Below are positions 1-13,277 of a stretch of DNA of 64,000 nucleotides, in pieces; positions within the stretch are counted from its first letter, which is position 1, and each line of letters starts with the position of its first letter. Source of the stretch: Octopus bimaculoides (lineage: Eukaryota); assembly GCF_001194135.2 (NCBI RefSeq), contig NC_068985.1:57058944-57122943 (forward strand), written 5' to 3'. Both the position numbers and the translations under genes were made by a program. Under the pieces are notes generated by a model, which saw only the letters and a list, made by a program, of their open reading frames with translations, searched no databases and was not told the DNA's origin.

Positions 1-221
1 TAACCTCCCCATTTATTGGGAATTTTCTGTATTATTTTGTATTTTGTGTAAATACCCCAAACGTTTTGCGATGTTTTTTTTTCATCGTTGTCCCCACTTT
101 TTTTTCTGCTTTGATTTCGCCCCCCTGGAAAAGAAAAACTCTACATTTGTATTTTGTCCCCTCTGTGTTGAGCCCTGTGTGGCTAATAAAGAAACCTATC
201 TATCTATCTATTCAACGTACG
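1..221 (+). mobile_element. 3' tail of a Tx1/L1-clade LINE
   Basis: T-rich 3' UTR ending GCCCTGTGTGGCTAATAAAGAAACC then (TATC)3. The GTGGCTAATAAAG terminus also ends the Tx1-like copy at ~41975 (- strand). Confidence 0.55.
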
Positions 222-426
222 GACGATAGTCACGTCGGCTCACTGTAAGTTTACCTTTTATTGCCTTAAAAAGTTGTGTTTGGATAATATTTTCTATGTA
301 AAAGTTGTGCAATAACTAATACATTCGGTTGTACAAATTGTTTAACACGGGGAACCTGTCCTGTGTGGCGTATTTCCCGATTTTGTAAACTTGTTTTCGG
401 CTATCTTAGCCATTTTTGTTTTGAAG

Positions 427-2096
427 ATGGCGTCTTCAAGCTATGAAGACGGTTTGGTAAAGAACGTTGATTCCTCGGCAACTTGTTTGCCGTTAATTTT
501 CCTGCACTGCCATCACGACAGCTTCGTGAAGGAGGGAAGGAGGGGAGAAGTCTCACGCAAGCAGGTGCAAGGGTGAGCATAAATGCCAGCAACTCCACCA
601 GCACCAGAAACAACAGCAATATCGTCGCAAAGCCGTCAACCTGCACGTAAAAAAAGACCATCACTGCCACTACAACTTTACCTTCTACTGCAAAAACGGA
701 CACCTCTGCCACCAACACTACCACCAAAAACAAATCCAATTTTGCAGAAGCTTTAAAACAAAAAAAAGAAGACATGCTACATTTCACAAGGGAACAAATA
801 AAACAAACAAAGGCCCTCTTAACTCAACATGATTCAAATCTACACCTGAACATTGCACAAAACATCATAGACACCACACAAAAGAGAACACTAGTGTACA
901 AAATTATTAACGCAAAAACACGCAGGGAACAAATATGTCACAATATAGGTTCGCTTCGACAGCGAAGAAAAGGCAAAAGAACTGTCGACACTCACCCTAG
1001 AGTCGGAGAAACTGATTTTAATTCCGACCTACCTTGGTCAACGTGTGACCAAAATTTCGATCAAGAATGTCCCTCCGGCTGTTGTCCGCCGTTTGCTACA
1101 ACATGGAGGAGAACATCAACATCCTTGAGTTTGATGCAAATTGATCAAAACCAAATCAATAGCATCCCACACCAAATCGAGCTGCCAGACGGCCATAACC
1201 TGTACGTGATGGTAGAATGTAGGAGTCCTCACTATTACTTGTGTGGCAGCGAAGAGCACCTAAGAACTGATTGCCCAACAGCAAAGAAACAACAAAAACA
1301 AGAACGAGAACAATAACCACAACAAGGAAAAAGTACAAGGAAAAAACAACCCTTACTACTCACACCACCATCAGCACAGAGGACAAGCAAAGGGAGTACG
1401 TAAAAAGAAACACACCAACCAAACCCGCCAACACCAACAAATGAACATACAACAGCAAGAACTAAAGAAACAGTAAAACCAAAGGACAATACAAAAACTG
1501 ATTGCCCTTCCCCCACATCACATACACCACACACATACAGTCAACAACCAGCATCAACAAAAACAACAACACAACCACTTACACAAACAAGCACAGAAGC
1601 TTACGACGTGCCTCTACCCCCTTCCGATTCCTCAGGAATTTCGTCGGAAGACGAAAGCAGGGGGGAATGGCAAATAGCCAGAAAAGGAAGGTGGAAAAGG
1701 AGCAAAAAAGAACCAAACCCAATGCAAACGCGGACAAAACAGGGAGACATGCATCTCCCGAAGACATCTCGAAACCTACCACAAACAATATCAACACCAC
1801 AAAAATACATACAGGAAATATGCTCACAGCAATAGACACAAAAAACAAAGTTGATGAAATACATCAACACAAAAACAAACATCACAGAAAACGACATTAA
1901 AACGAGCAACCACCTATACATAAAACCACAAGAACCCATCAAAATTTATAGCATTACATCAACATTGCACCACTCACTAAAATCCCTCTACCCCAATGCA
2001 GTATGGGGATGTCATAAATTTTAAGCAAAAAAACTGTACAGTAGCCTCTTTGGAGAAAAATCAATGGAGGAAACAGAACTTTCGAACGGTAAGTAA
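427..2096 (+). pseudogene. LINE ORF1 (gag-like), frameshifted
   Basis: ATG at 427 (MASSSYEDG). Decayed CCHC knuckle Y-YL-C-GSEE-H-LRTD-C at 1233-1274 (first Cys codon now TAT). Long A/C-rich low-complexity region; last frame ends ...ELSNGK* at 2096. Confidence 0.65.
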
Positions 2097-2145
2097 TTCT
2101 CTGTTCCTTTCGTTTGCGTTTTAAAGCACACAACTCAATAGGACC

Positions 2146-3420
2146 ATGGTCAAGATTCTTTGTGTGAATGCGCGTGGCTTGGGGGTCCCCTTGGAAACAA
2201 GAATACCTATTAAATAACATAAAGTCACACGATTTAGAAAGCATAGCCATAAGTGAGTCCAGACTCCATGAGCCACGGGCCCTAAAGTCCATGTTTGGCG
2301 GACAGATTAACATTCAGTTTTCTCCCTGTCTGCCGAGAATTGGCGGTAGTGGCACGGTTGTACTTTTTCGCAAGAGTCTGGATCTCAATGTAAAGACGAT
2401 ATTTGTAGACTCGGAGGATAGACTGGTTGTCCCGGATGTCGACGGCAGTGATGGGTGAGCTTTTCGACTCCTAGTAATCTATGCACCACCTTTAACAGGC
2501 CGGCCGGATTTCTTTCGACGTCTAGAAGTATTCCTAGGAACGTCTCGTTCTTTACTTTTAGTGGGGGATTGGAATGCTACCTTGGACATGCATCTACACT
2601 ACGTGGGGAGAGATAGAAATAGACGGGGATGCAAATGCGTCAGAGACCTGCTCAGACGCTTTCAACTGTCTGAGAGGTACCGATTCGACCACCAAAATGC
2701 GCCAACGCAGGCATGGAGCAATTGCATTGTGTTGTCGAGATCGTATCTAGATATGATATTGTGTAGGACAGTAGATAGGGATAGCTTAGGATGTCCACAA
2801 TTCCACGTAGTCAGCTACACGGATCACAAACTCGTGACGTGTACGCTAGACTTAGATAAGGCACATAGGCAGGGTCCCGGTTACTGGAATCTGGACGCGT
2901 CTTTCCTGTCGAGACAGGTTTCCAGAGACCGAATTAGCAGGCTAGTAAAGAGGGCTTTGACGAGAGCCACCATCAACAACAAATGGTGGTTTGACCTCAA
3001 GAGAGCAGTAAAAGTGGAAGCAATTAGATATAGCAGAATGCTAGCCATAGATAGAAACAGAGTAGAGAGTGAACTAGTTAAGAAGTTAGAAGAGGCGATA
3101 AGAAGCGGTATCACATCCGACGTTTTGGCGACGAGGTTGGCGCTCGATCAACACTTCAACGCCAAACACAAAGGGTGTGCTGTCAGGTCTAGGATGCGTG
3201 CTCTAAGGAACGAAGTTGTTGGAGCCGCACTAGAGCCCTGAGTGGCAGAGGCGCAGCGGGGCAACGAAGTCACCATTCGGTCTCTGGCTGACGAACAGGG
3301 GCGCGAATTACTCGAGCTCGGCAAGATGTGCGAGGCATTTTGCCCGACTGTTCGGGACGAGTGGCGAGCATGTGGGAGACGTAGATCCGAATATCGCTTA
3401 GGAGAATTTCCAGAAATCCA
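2146..3420 (+). pseudogene. LINE ORF2 APE endonuclease domain and linker
   Basis: MVKILCVNARGL (ATG 2146), IAISESRL, GDWNATLD, SYTDHKLV and GPGYWNLDASFL are typical L1/Tx1 endonuclease motifs; split by frameshifts and stops. Confidence 0.88.
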
Positions 3421-4329
3421 AACTAAATGACATGAACAAGAATGGAGAAAATCACAACATTAACCGACGATCGTTCGTATGTTGTCTGCATATTTAGACA
3501 CAGAAAACAATACAAATCAACATATTCAAAAATTTTTGCTAACAGAATGTCATCACGAAAACTAAAGCGGCCTAGGTTCCACGTGAACAGAATCAATATC
3601 TCTAACGCAGGAACGCATACAAAACGGGGTTAAGAAGAGAAATTATATTCTAAGTAAAGCTAGTTTAGTATTTAAACTTACGATGGCGTCAATGGATAAC
3701 GAAAGAATAAATATAGTTCTTCTACATACAGTATGCTTATTAGATAATTGGAAAATCAATTATATTTAAGGCTTTATTTACCATTGAAATATTTAAACGT
3801 CAATCTATATTCATATTTCACCAGCTCTGTACGATTGAACGTAACTAAAACTGAACAACTTTATATCGTAGTTAACGTTCTTGTTTTTGAAATCCTAAAT
3901 GCATTAACTAAGATTGGTAGCATTACATTTTCTTCTGAAATTAAGAATGGTGATGTAATCGAGAATGGTGATGTAATCAAGACTTCCAAACTGTTCCAGA
4001 AGAATCCATAGTATGTGGGATCCTCTCCAGTTGCCTGCCATTGATTTACGATATTCTTTCTTGAGTGATTTTCTAAATAACAGATAATTTTGTTCTTGAA
4101 ATTAGCAAGTCGCTTGTTCAATCGTTTGTAGTGCTCATGTTGAAAGGAATTAGTATTAATTCTACTCACGCAATTAGATGTTAAGCCAAGATAAGTTAAT
4201 CCATGTTATCGTAAAGGGACTATCTATTTCGCAGTTGGTAATTCACCTAAATTATAAAAACTAGTTCTGGAAAAAATTATCATTAGAGTTTATCTCATAA
4301 TTCCCGCTATCGGTTCTACTTAGGTTTTC

Positions 4330-4580
4330 TTATTTTGAGTTGCGATACTGTCTAGTTTTACATTTGCAATGTCTTGCAATACGTTCGGCCACATTTTTGG
4401 AGGTTGAATAGGAGAATCTTACTCTATAGCGATTAGATAACATTCTGCATTTCCTTGAATATGGGAAATATTTATCCAGTCCAGTAAAGAATTTCCGAGG
4501 AATATCAGTAGCTACGCAATATGCGAAGGGTGTTATATACCAGAAAACATTCCTCGATTTCACTTTCCATTGATGTCCTT
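4330..4580 (-). mobile_element. Penelope-like element fragment (region C-terminal to RT)
   Basis: RNVFWYITPFAYCVATDIPRKFFTGLDKYFP...RVRFSYS matches the PLE pattern RNIIWFNPPF..NV.TNIGKKF..LLDKHFP...K.SYS. Confidence 0.7.
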
Positions 4581-5685
4581 ACAAAAATTCCCCACACTGA
4601 TGAAATGACAATGCATAAATTTAATTATAATTACTATGGTTATAATTTTTTGTTACATATTTGTATATATATATATATATATNNNNNNNNNNNNNNNNNN
4701 NNNNNNNNNNNNNNNNNNNNNNNNNNNNNNNNNNNNNNNNNNNNNNNNNNNNNNNNNNNNNNNNNNNNNNNNNNNNNNNNNNNNNNNNNNNNNNNNNNNN
4801 NNNNNNNNNNNNNNNNNNNNNNNNNNNNNNNNNNNNNNNNNNNNNNNNNNNNNNNNNNNNNNNNNNNNNNNNNNNNNNNNNNNNNNNNNNNNNNNNNNNN
4901 NNNNNNNNNNNNNNNNNNNNNNNNNNNNNNNNNNNNNNNNNNNNNNNNNNNNNNNNNNNNNNNNNNNNNNNNNNNNNNNNNNNNNNNNNNNNNNNNNNNN
5001 NNNNNNNNNNNNNNNNNNNNNNNNNNNNNNNNNNNNNNNNNNNNNNNNNNNNNNNNNNNNNNNNNNNNNNNNNNNNNNNNNNNNNNNNNNNNNNNNNNNN
5101 NNNNNNNNNNNNNNNNNNNNNNNNNNNNNNNNNNNNNNNNNNNNNNNNNNNNNNNNNNNNNNNNNNNNNNNNNNNNNNNNNNNNNNNNNNNNNNNNNNNN
5201 NNNNNNNNNNNNNNNNNNNNNNNNNNNNNNNNNNNNNNNNNNNNNNNNNNNNNNNNNNNNNNNNNNNNNNNNNNNNNNNNNNNNNNNNNNNNNNNNNNNN
5301 NNNNNNNNNNNNNNNNNNNNNNNNNNNNNNNNNNNNNNNNNNNNNNNNNNNNNNNNNNNNNNNNNNNNNNNNNNNNNNNNNNNNNNNNNNNNNNNNNNNN
5401 NNNNNNNNNNNNNNNNNNNNNNNNNNNNNNNNNNNNNNNNNNNNNNNNNNNNNNNNNNNNNNNNNNNNNNNNNNNNNNNNNNNNNNNNNNNNNNNNNNNN
5501 NNNNNNNNNNNNNNNNNNNNNNNNNNNNNNNNNNNNNNNNNNNNNNNNNNNNNNNNNNNNNNNNNNNNNNNNNNNNNNNNNNNNNNNNNNNNNNNNNNNN
5601 NNNNNNNNNNNNNNNNNNNNNNNNNNNNNNNNNNNNNNNATAATCAATTTTTTTTTTCTCCGTGTTTTTCTCCTTGTCTCCGTAT

Positions 5686-5722
5686 TCTTTCTGTTGAAGA
5701 GCGTAGCTCGAAACGTCAAAGA
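5686..5722 (+). ncRNA. Minimal type I hammerhead ribozyme motif (A6U core variant) in a pLTR-like repeat
   Basis: TCTTT-CTGTTGA-A-GAGC gta GCTC-GAA-ACGT-C-AAAGA: helix I 5 bp, helix II 4 bp, palindromic helix III ACGT, GUC triplet. Confidence 0.6.
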
Positions 5723-6886
5723 CTTTCCGTATTCCCGAGCGTCATACTAATATATACTTTTGTTATTTACACCACCTGTCCTCGTCTGTTGTTATTTTTT
5801 GTATATTCTCCCATATATATATAATATATATATATATTATGCGTTCGTTGTTTATTCCATATATTTCGTAAGTATAGGAGCCATAGTTACGTAGTTACAT
5901 ATAGTTCCCTGATTCGTTTCTATTATAGAACGTCCTCAGTAGGATTCTTCTTCCAAATTATCAGGTTATTCAACGCGACGATTTCTGTGAAGCATATTTT
6001 AATTATTCATCTTCTCTGCATAACCATGTCTTTCCCTATAAAATTGTTATCTTCAATTCCTAAGTTTTTGCATACATCGTCCTGTAATAAATTTGAAATG
6101 GTAGAAGTAATATTATCGGTCTTTCATCGATTTGACCCAATCTGGGTTGATCGAGCCTCAACTTGTGTTCAATTATCACTACAATTGCGTAGCAGTGACA
6201 CATTCACGTCTAGCACCTTCTGATCCACAACCACTTTGGTGTAACCTCCGTTACTTGCACAACCTACTTCAAGGTGTTCCGCCCTCTGGGTCTTATTTGT
6301 TAAAACTAGACATCATGGCCAGTGATAGTACATATGTTCTTTTATTGTTCTCATCAGCATATTGATATATCAATTAATCTGGCCGTTGGTGGCAAGTGTT
6401 GCTTGAATCTAATGCTCGTAAATTATTAAACTATTTTGTGGTTAACACGGTCGATGTTGGCGTCGATAGAATACCTATAGAATTCAAAATAACCAGTTAT
6501 CTACCACAAGAGAACCTGTGAATATAGCATATGTATTAAAGCCCAATGACGTTTTTTTTATTATAATGAGGATAATTAATCCGTTGGCGATACTGTTCAT
6601 ACAGTTTCTACAATTTAGCAACCAAACTACTTGTAGCATTCTTTCGCTGAAACAGTTTCGGTTCAATTGTGGTCAATTTTAAGAGGGTGGTTTATCAAAA
6701 TCAGATTCACATAATCTCAAGAGCCAGTCTGTGAGTGGAAGATTATTATTTTATTAATTCTCATGTGCCTTCTATTTGTTATGTCATTTGTTTCCATTGA
6801 TATTTGTTCCATAGATGTGCCGCAGCTTTTGATTTGCAGAAGCTCATTAATTGTGATGTGTGTATGTATGTATGTATGTATGTATG

Positions 6887-6923
<37 letters not shown>

Positions 6924-9900
6924 NNNNNNNNNNNNNNNNNNNNNNNNNNNNNNNNNNNNNNNNNNNNNNNNNNNNNNNNNNNNNNNNNNNNNNNNNNNNN
7001 NNNNNNNNNNNNNNNNNNNNNNNNNNNNNNNNNNNNNNNNNNNNNNNNNNNNNNNNNNNNNNNNNNNNNNNNNNNNNNNNNNNNNNNNNNNNNNNNNNNN
7101 NNNNNNNNNNNNNNNNNNNNNNNNNNNNNNNNNNNNNNNNNNNNNNNNNNNNNNNNNNNNNNNNNNNNNNNNNNNNNNNNNNNNNNNNNNNNNNNNNNNN
7201 NNNNNNNNNNNNNNNNNNNNNNNNNNNNNNNNNNNNNNNNNNNNNNNNNNNNNNNNNNNNNNNNNNNNNNNNNNNNNNNNNNNNNNNNNNNNNNNNNNNN
7301 NNNNNNNNNNNNNNNNNNNNNNNNNNNNNNNNNNNNNNNNATATATATATATATAAACGACAGTGTTATGATTTTGCGTTGTTATCAATATTATTGACTT
7401 TATCATTAAATGTACAGGTTTTATTTTACTATGATATATTTATATTTGAAACAAATATCTCATGTAGAAATAATTCGTTTTCAACATTGTATTATACTAA
7501 GATTTGGGCTGCTGTTTTCATTGTAAAACACAACGTACATAGTTTCTAAAGACTGTGCAGGTTTTGCATATAAGATAAGATGTTTAGATTCTATTGTGCA
7601 CGCAAATCAATTAAGTTTTTAGTCATCGTTCAAAATACGTAGGTAGGGAATTGAATTCAATTCAAAGGAAATATTATGCAAAACAACAGGTTGTCATTTT
7701 AAAAATTTCAAACATTTCGGTTCCAATTTACATGTTAAAATAATGGAAATGACAAGCGAGTTATTAAAGGATCACTCTGACATGGTTTAGCTTTAGGCTT
7801 ATTCAATACAGAACATTTTGTAATATCGCCTATTATCTAATTCTCTCCAGTTTATGTCAGACATCGTCATTTTCCTTTTTGAATTGATAATGCAATTAAC
7901 AATGTATAAGATATAATTACATAATTAATTTGACATATATATATATATATATATAAGTGTGCTTATGTATGTATATGCATATGAAAACATATGCATCTCT
8001 GTGTGCGTATATATATATATATATATATATATATNNNNNNNNNNNNNNNNNNNNNNNNNNNNNNNNNNNNNNNNNNNNNNNNNNNNNNNNNNNNNNNNNN
8101 NNNNNNNNNNNNNNNNNNNNNNNNNNNNNNNNNNNNNNNNNNNNNNNNNNNNNNNNNNNNNNNNNNNNNNNNNNNNNNNNNNNNNNNNNNNNNNNNNNNN
8201 NNNNNNNNNNNNNNNNNNNNNNNNNNNNNNNNNNNNNNNNNNNNNNNNNNNNNNNNNNNNNNNNNNNNNNNNNNNNNNNNNNNNNNNNNNNNNNNNNNNN
8301 NNNNNNNNNNNNNNNNNNNNNNNNNNNNNNNNNNNNNNNNNNNNNNNNNNNNNNNNNNNNNNNNNNNNNNNNNNNNNNNNNNNNNNNNNNNNNNNNNNNN
8401 NNNNNNNNNNNNNNNNNNNNNNNNNNNNNNNNNNNNNNNNNNNNNNNNNNNNATATATATATATATATATATATGAATGCATACTTTTATACGTATATCC
8501 AGAGATATATACAGATATGTTTATAACTATATGCATTCTCACTCATATATAAATTACGTAAATGTGTTATGAAAATTAATTAATATTGATACAACATTAC
8601 ACAATTACATTGTTACATTAAATACAATATAATTATTGCTTAATTAATTGATAATTCATTAATTGCTACACTTGTTAATTTCAACAGGAACTCTAGTGAG
8701 ATATCTACACTTAATTCTTTCGCAATTTCTCATCTTCAAAATGAATTACGCTACTTCTGGTGGCCGCTTCGAATGAGTTCATTACAGAATAAATTAACGA
8801 TGTTAAGCAATCATTTAAGTGATTATCAAAACGAAATGGATATGTGTAGCCTTGAATTAGAAGTCCTGCCCTATCTTGGCTTCTTCAGTGATGGTTTTAA
8901 TATGTCGTAATGTTTAGTGTGCAAAACAATATTAATTTGGTTTGTTGTAGTTCCGTTCACAATTACGTCTGTGCATGAATTTATATTATACCATTACTTT
9001 TCATCTCTCTCTGGCTAATGAAAACGATCCCACGAAGAAAGTAATCGTGAGTGACATACTAATCATAACCAGATCTAACTTGAAAACGTAACTCCTTGAC
9101 ATCAATAACTTCATCTTGTGGGACATCTTTCTAATAGAGCATACTGTGGGTTATATTGAAATAAACGAAAGTAAGATGCCAGCAGTTTAGACTTTTCACG
9201 AATGCACAGTCCTTCTATTCAATTATGTTCGTGAGCAGAAACAAAATTTAATATTTCGACTAAGGCCCTCCTATGTGGTTAAATCTCAAAGAAGGAACTG
9301 CTGTCATACACTTTTTTTGCGTACTTCCTCAGCTGAAAAATTTACAGAAACATTCTCAGTTATAAAACTGAAATGTGTTTTGCTAACACAGTTATTCAGT
9401 TGTACCTCAGTAACTTATTTTCTGTTTTTATTTTTGCTTTTTTTAAATTTTCTTTCCTATGATTTGATAGGTCAGTGCAACTATACTGGAGAGCACATAT
9501 ACTGGGGTTTGGTGGGCCGGAAGACAATATGAACTTCTACCTTGACTTTAATCAATTCTTGTTCACATAATCTTATTAACTTGGCCTTCGTCCAAAAACA
9601 GTGTACACAAATATCTTCACGCAACAAGTTTTTTAAAAACCCCAACATAATTAAACGAAACTATTCGTGTTTGGATTTGGCAAATTTCTTGTTATTTTTC
9701 ATTCTGTAAACAATTTCGATGACGTTAGGAGAAGGCGTTCNNNNNNNNNNNNNNNNNNNNNNNNNNNNNNNNNNNNNNNNNNNNNNNNNNNNNNNNNNNN
9801 NNNNNNNNNNNNNNNNNNNNNNNNNNNNNNNNNNNNNNNNNNNNNNNNNNNNNNNNNNNNNNNNNNNNNNNNNNNNNNNNNNNNNNNNNNNNNNNNNNNN

Positions 9901-10460
9901 NNNNNNNNNNNNNNNNNNNNNNNNNNNNNNNNNNNNNNNNNNNNNNNNNNNNNNNNNNNNNNNNNNNNNNNNNNNNNNNNNNNNNNNNNNNNNNNNNNNN
10001 NNNNNNNNNNNNNNNNNNNNNNNNNNNNNNNNNNNNNNNNNNNNNNNNNNNNNNNNNNNNNNNNNNNNNNNNNNNNNNNNNNNNNNNNNNNNNNNNNNNN
10101 NNNNNNNNNNNNNNNNNNNNNNNNNNNNNNNNNNNNNNNNNNNNNNNNNNNNNNNNNNNNNNNNNNNNNNNNNNNNNNNNNNNNNNNNNNNNNNNNNNNN
10201 NNNNNNNNNNNNNNNNNNNNNNNNNNNNNNNNNNNNNNNNNNNNNNNNNNNNNNNNNNNNNNNNNNNNNNNNNNNNNNNNNNNNNNNNNNNNNNNNNNNN
10301 NNNNNNNNNNNNNNNNNNNNNNNNNNNNNNNNNNNNNNNNNNNNNNNNNNNNNNNNNNNNNNNNNNNNNNNNNNNNNNNNNNNNNNNNNNNNNNNNNNNN
10401 NNNNNNNNNNNNNNNNNNNNATATATATATATATATATATATAAATATATATATATATAA

Positions 10461-10605
10461 GCGCAGGTGTGGCTTTCCTCCACATAGTTCCGGGTTCAGT
10501 CTCATTGCATGGCACCTTGGGCAAATGCCTTCTACTTTAGCCTCATGCCGACCAAAGCCTTTTGAGTGGACTTGGTAGATTGAAACTGAAGGAAGCCTGT
10601 CGTAT
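10461..10605 (+). mobile_element. tRNA-derived CORE-type SINE, 5' half
   Basis: Homologous to the first half of 19188-19645 (GTTCCGGGTTCAGT...GCACCTTGGGCAA...GACCAAAGCC). Confidence 0.8.
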
Positions 10606-10660
10606 ATATATAGATGTATGTATGTGTATGTGTATGTGTGTGTTTGTATACATATATGTG

Positions 10661-11435
10661 CAGTGTATTCGGGCCAGAATTCGTGTAATTTTATGACTCT
10701 TTTATTTAGGAACAACTTGATGTATTGATGAGCAGTCAGCAGTGTTGTAGTGTATATAAAGTGGAAGAGGTAGTTGCGAAGAAATTAGCTGACATGGAAC
10801 ATTGGAAATCCTTTCAATATTGTATCATGATGATTAGCGGCGGGTATCAAGATCCCAACATCATGACTGCAGATCACTGCTCTATAAACACTGTAACGAC
10901 TGTACAATGGATGCTATGGGCAGCTGCAACGGAGACTAGGAAGGGGACGATGACGTTCTGAATGCATCGGCACACCTGAATTCATACAACATTTTTGAAC
11001 AGGACATAGAATATGCTGGAGATTGTGGTCAAACCCTAGCTGCAGAGTATTCTGCTGGAAGTCTATACATTTGATAGCACGATCCAACCCCTTGGTATAA
11101 AGTGGTTGCTTCTAGAATTTCTATAACTTAACTAGCCCCAATTTATGGCTTCCTAATTCCACCGGTTATAGTTCCATTGATGAAGACTACAACCGCTCTT
11201 CAACACCAATCCCTGAGCTGCTGGCAAAAATCAACAATGTGTTCGAAGAATGCATGTACCAAGTTCCGGAGGCGTCTTGAGGCCGCAGTGGGGTCTGACG
11301 GCGACTACTTCCAGTAAACTGAGTTTTCTCCCAGTTGTAATATTGTTGATATATTATGAATTTTAAAAATTACTTTTAATTTGGAATGGAATATCGTGTT
11401 TTGCTTACTGTCGAATTTAACACGAACACCCACTG
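10661..11435 (+). mobile_element. Decayed, internally deleted Tc1/mariner-superfamily element
   Basis: C-terminus ...KFRRRLEAAVGSDGDYFQ* typical of these transposases; degenerate inverted termini CAGTG...TTCG at both ends. Confidence 0.6.
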
Positions 11436-11458
11436 TGTGTTTGTGTGAGTGTCTGCAC

Positions 11459-11507
<49 letters not shown>

Positions 11508-11510
11508 GTA

Positions 11511-12419
11511 CAGGGTGCGGTAACTAAATTGTCATCTAAATTACGCAATATTGAAAATAGCACTGACATTTCATTTTAATAGATATATTTACGACAATTA
11601 CATAAGATTATCGTGAAATACTAAAGAGTAAATTTATTCAATACAATTGCCATTGGCTTCAACCACTACCTCGACACGACTTCGGAATCTCCTGCAACTC
11701 TTTTGGACGGTCTCCTTGTTTAAGTTGGCGAATGATACCATAATGCCTGACTTCAGTTCATTTTTGGTGTTACAAAGAGTTTTGTTGGTCTCTCACACAA
11801 CTATGCGCCACACATAATAACCAAAGAGGTTGCAGTCTGTGGAGTTAGGTGGCTAAGTGTCAGTGAGGATGTAGTCGCAGAAATTCTCTGACAGCCATGA
11901 CTGGTTTCTCCTGCTTGTATGGCATGGCGCAGATTCCTGTTACCAGACAGAGTCTTATAGCATTCACCTTCTTCATCCAGGGCAGCGCTACCTCCTCAAG
12001 GCACTTGATTTAGACGTCCGTGTTGAGTTCGAGGCCGTGTGGGAAGATGAATGGAGGCATAACGTTGTCATCACTAGTGATCACTGCCAACACCATGATG
12101 TTGAGTGGATGTTTGATTTTTATCATTTCGGTACATGTCCTCAGATTGCACTGTCCTCAGATTGCACTGTCCTCATATTGATAACCAAACACTCTGAAAT
12201 GCTCATACTGGAGCTTCCAGCGCGAATAGCAAGCAGTACAGCAAGTCGTTTCCAGATTTCTGGCAGAGTGAACTGCGCCGTGGTGCTGTTTTTGTCACAG
12301 AAGGTGCCGAACCGAACTGACCCTACTATACTGTATAGTCAACAAAATCCAAAACAAACAAATCATGCGCATGCGCGAAATTAGAAATATTAAGGGGCAA
12401 CGATTTATCTATCGCACCC

Positions 12420-12421
<2 letters not shown>
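11511..12421 (-). mobile_element. Tc1/mariner-superfamily element (maT/DD37D-like), decayed, both TIRs present
   Basis: TIRs CAGGGTGCG... and ...CGCACCCTA flanked by TA; minus strand encodes the remnant PNSPDCNLFGYYVWRIV. Confidence 0.8.
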
Positions 12422-12461
<40 letters not shown>

Positions 12462-13277
12462 NNNNNNNNNNNNNNNNNNNNNNNNNNNNNNNNNNNNNNN
12501 NNNNNNNNNNNNNNNNNNNNNNNNNNNNNNNNNNNNNNNNNNNNNNNNNNNNNNNNNNNNNNNNNNNNNNNNNNNNNNNNNNNNNNNNNNNNNNNNNNNN
12601 NNNNNNNNNNNNNNNNNNNNNNNNNNNNNNNNNNNNNNNNNNNNNNNNNNNNNNNNNNNNNNNNNNNNNNNNNNNNNNNNNNNNNNNNNNNNNNNNNNNN
12701 NNNNNNNNNNNNNNNNNNNNNNNNNNNNNNNNNNNNNNNNNNNNNNNNNNNNNNNNNNNNNNNNNNNNNNNNNNNNNNNNNNNNNNNNNNNNNNNNNNNN
12801 NNNNNNNNNNNNNNNNNNNNNNNNNNNNNNNNNNNNNNNNNNNNNNNNNNNNNNNNNNNNNNNNNNNNNNNNNNNNNNNNNNNNNNNNNNNNNNNNNNNN
12901 NNNNNNNNNNNNNNNNNNNNNNNNNNNNNNNNNNNNNNNNNNNNNNNNNNNNNNNNNNNNNNNNNNNNNNNNNNNNNNNNNNNNNNNNNNNNNNNNNNNN
13001 NNNNNNNNNNNNNNNNNNNNNNNNNNNNNNNNNNNNNNNNNNNNNNNNNNNNNNNNNNNNNNNNNNNNNNNNNNNTATATATATATATATATATATATAT
13101 GCACAGACACACACATATATACATATATACAAACATAAGCATTTACATACATAAACATACATACATCCAACCAAACATATATATACACACATGTTCAAAT
13201 AAATTACGTAATAACCTTCTCCAGCTATACTTCTCATATTCGGTTAAAATGTCTTACGTTTAAGCTGGTTCCCATGC

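Larger units (their letters stand above)
222..3420 (+). mobile_element. Decayed Tx1/L1-clade LINE: 5' UTR, ORF1 and endonuclease part of ORF2, 3'-truncated
   Basis: ORF1 with a gag-type knuckle followed by ORF2 with apurinic-endonuclease motifs; many frameshifts and stops; homology lost near 3420. Confidence 0.85.

Noticed and set aside
3946-3979. Short tandem duplications (also 12140-12175 and 25405-25436)
   Set aside because: 16-18 bp two-copy slippage duplications; not CRISPR-like (no spacers) and common.
6320-6365. CTGATGA...GAACATATGTA on the minus strand
   Set aside because: One core A is missing and neither helix I nor helix II pairs.
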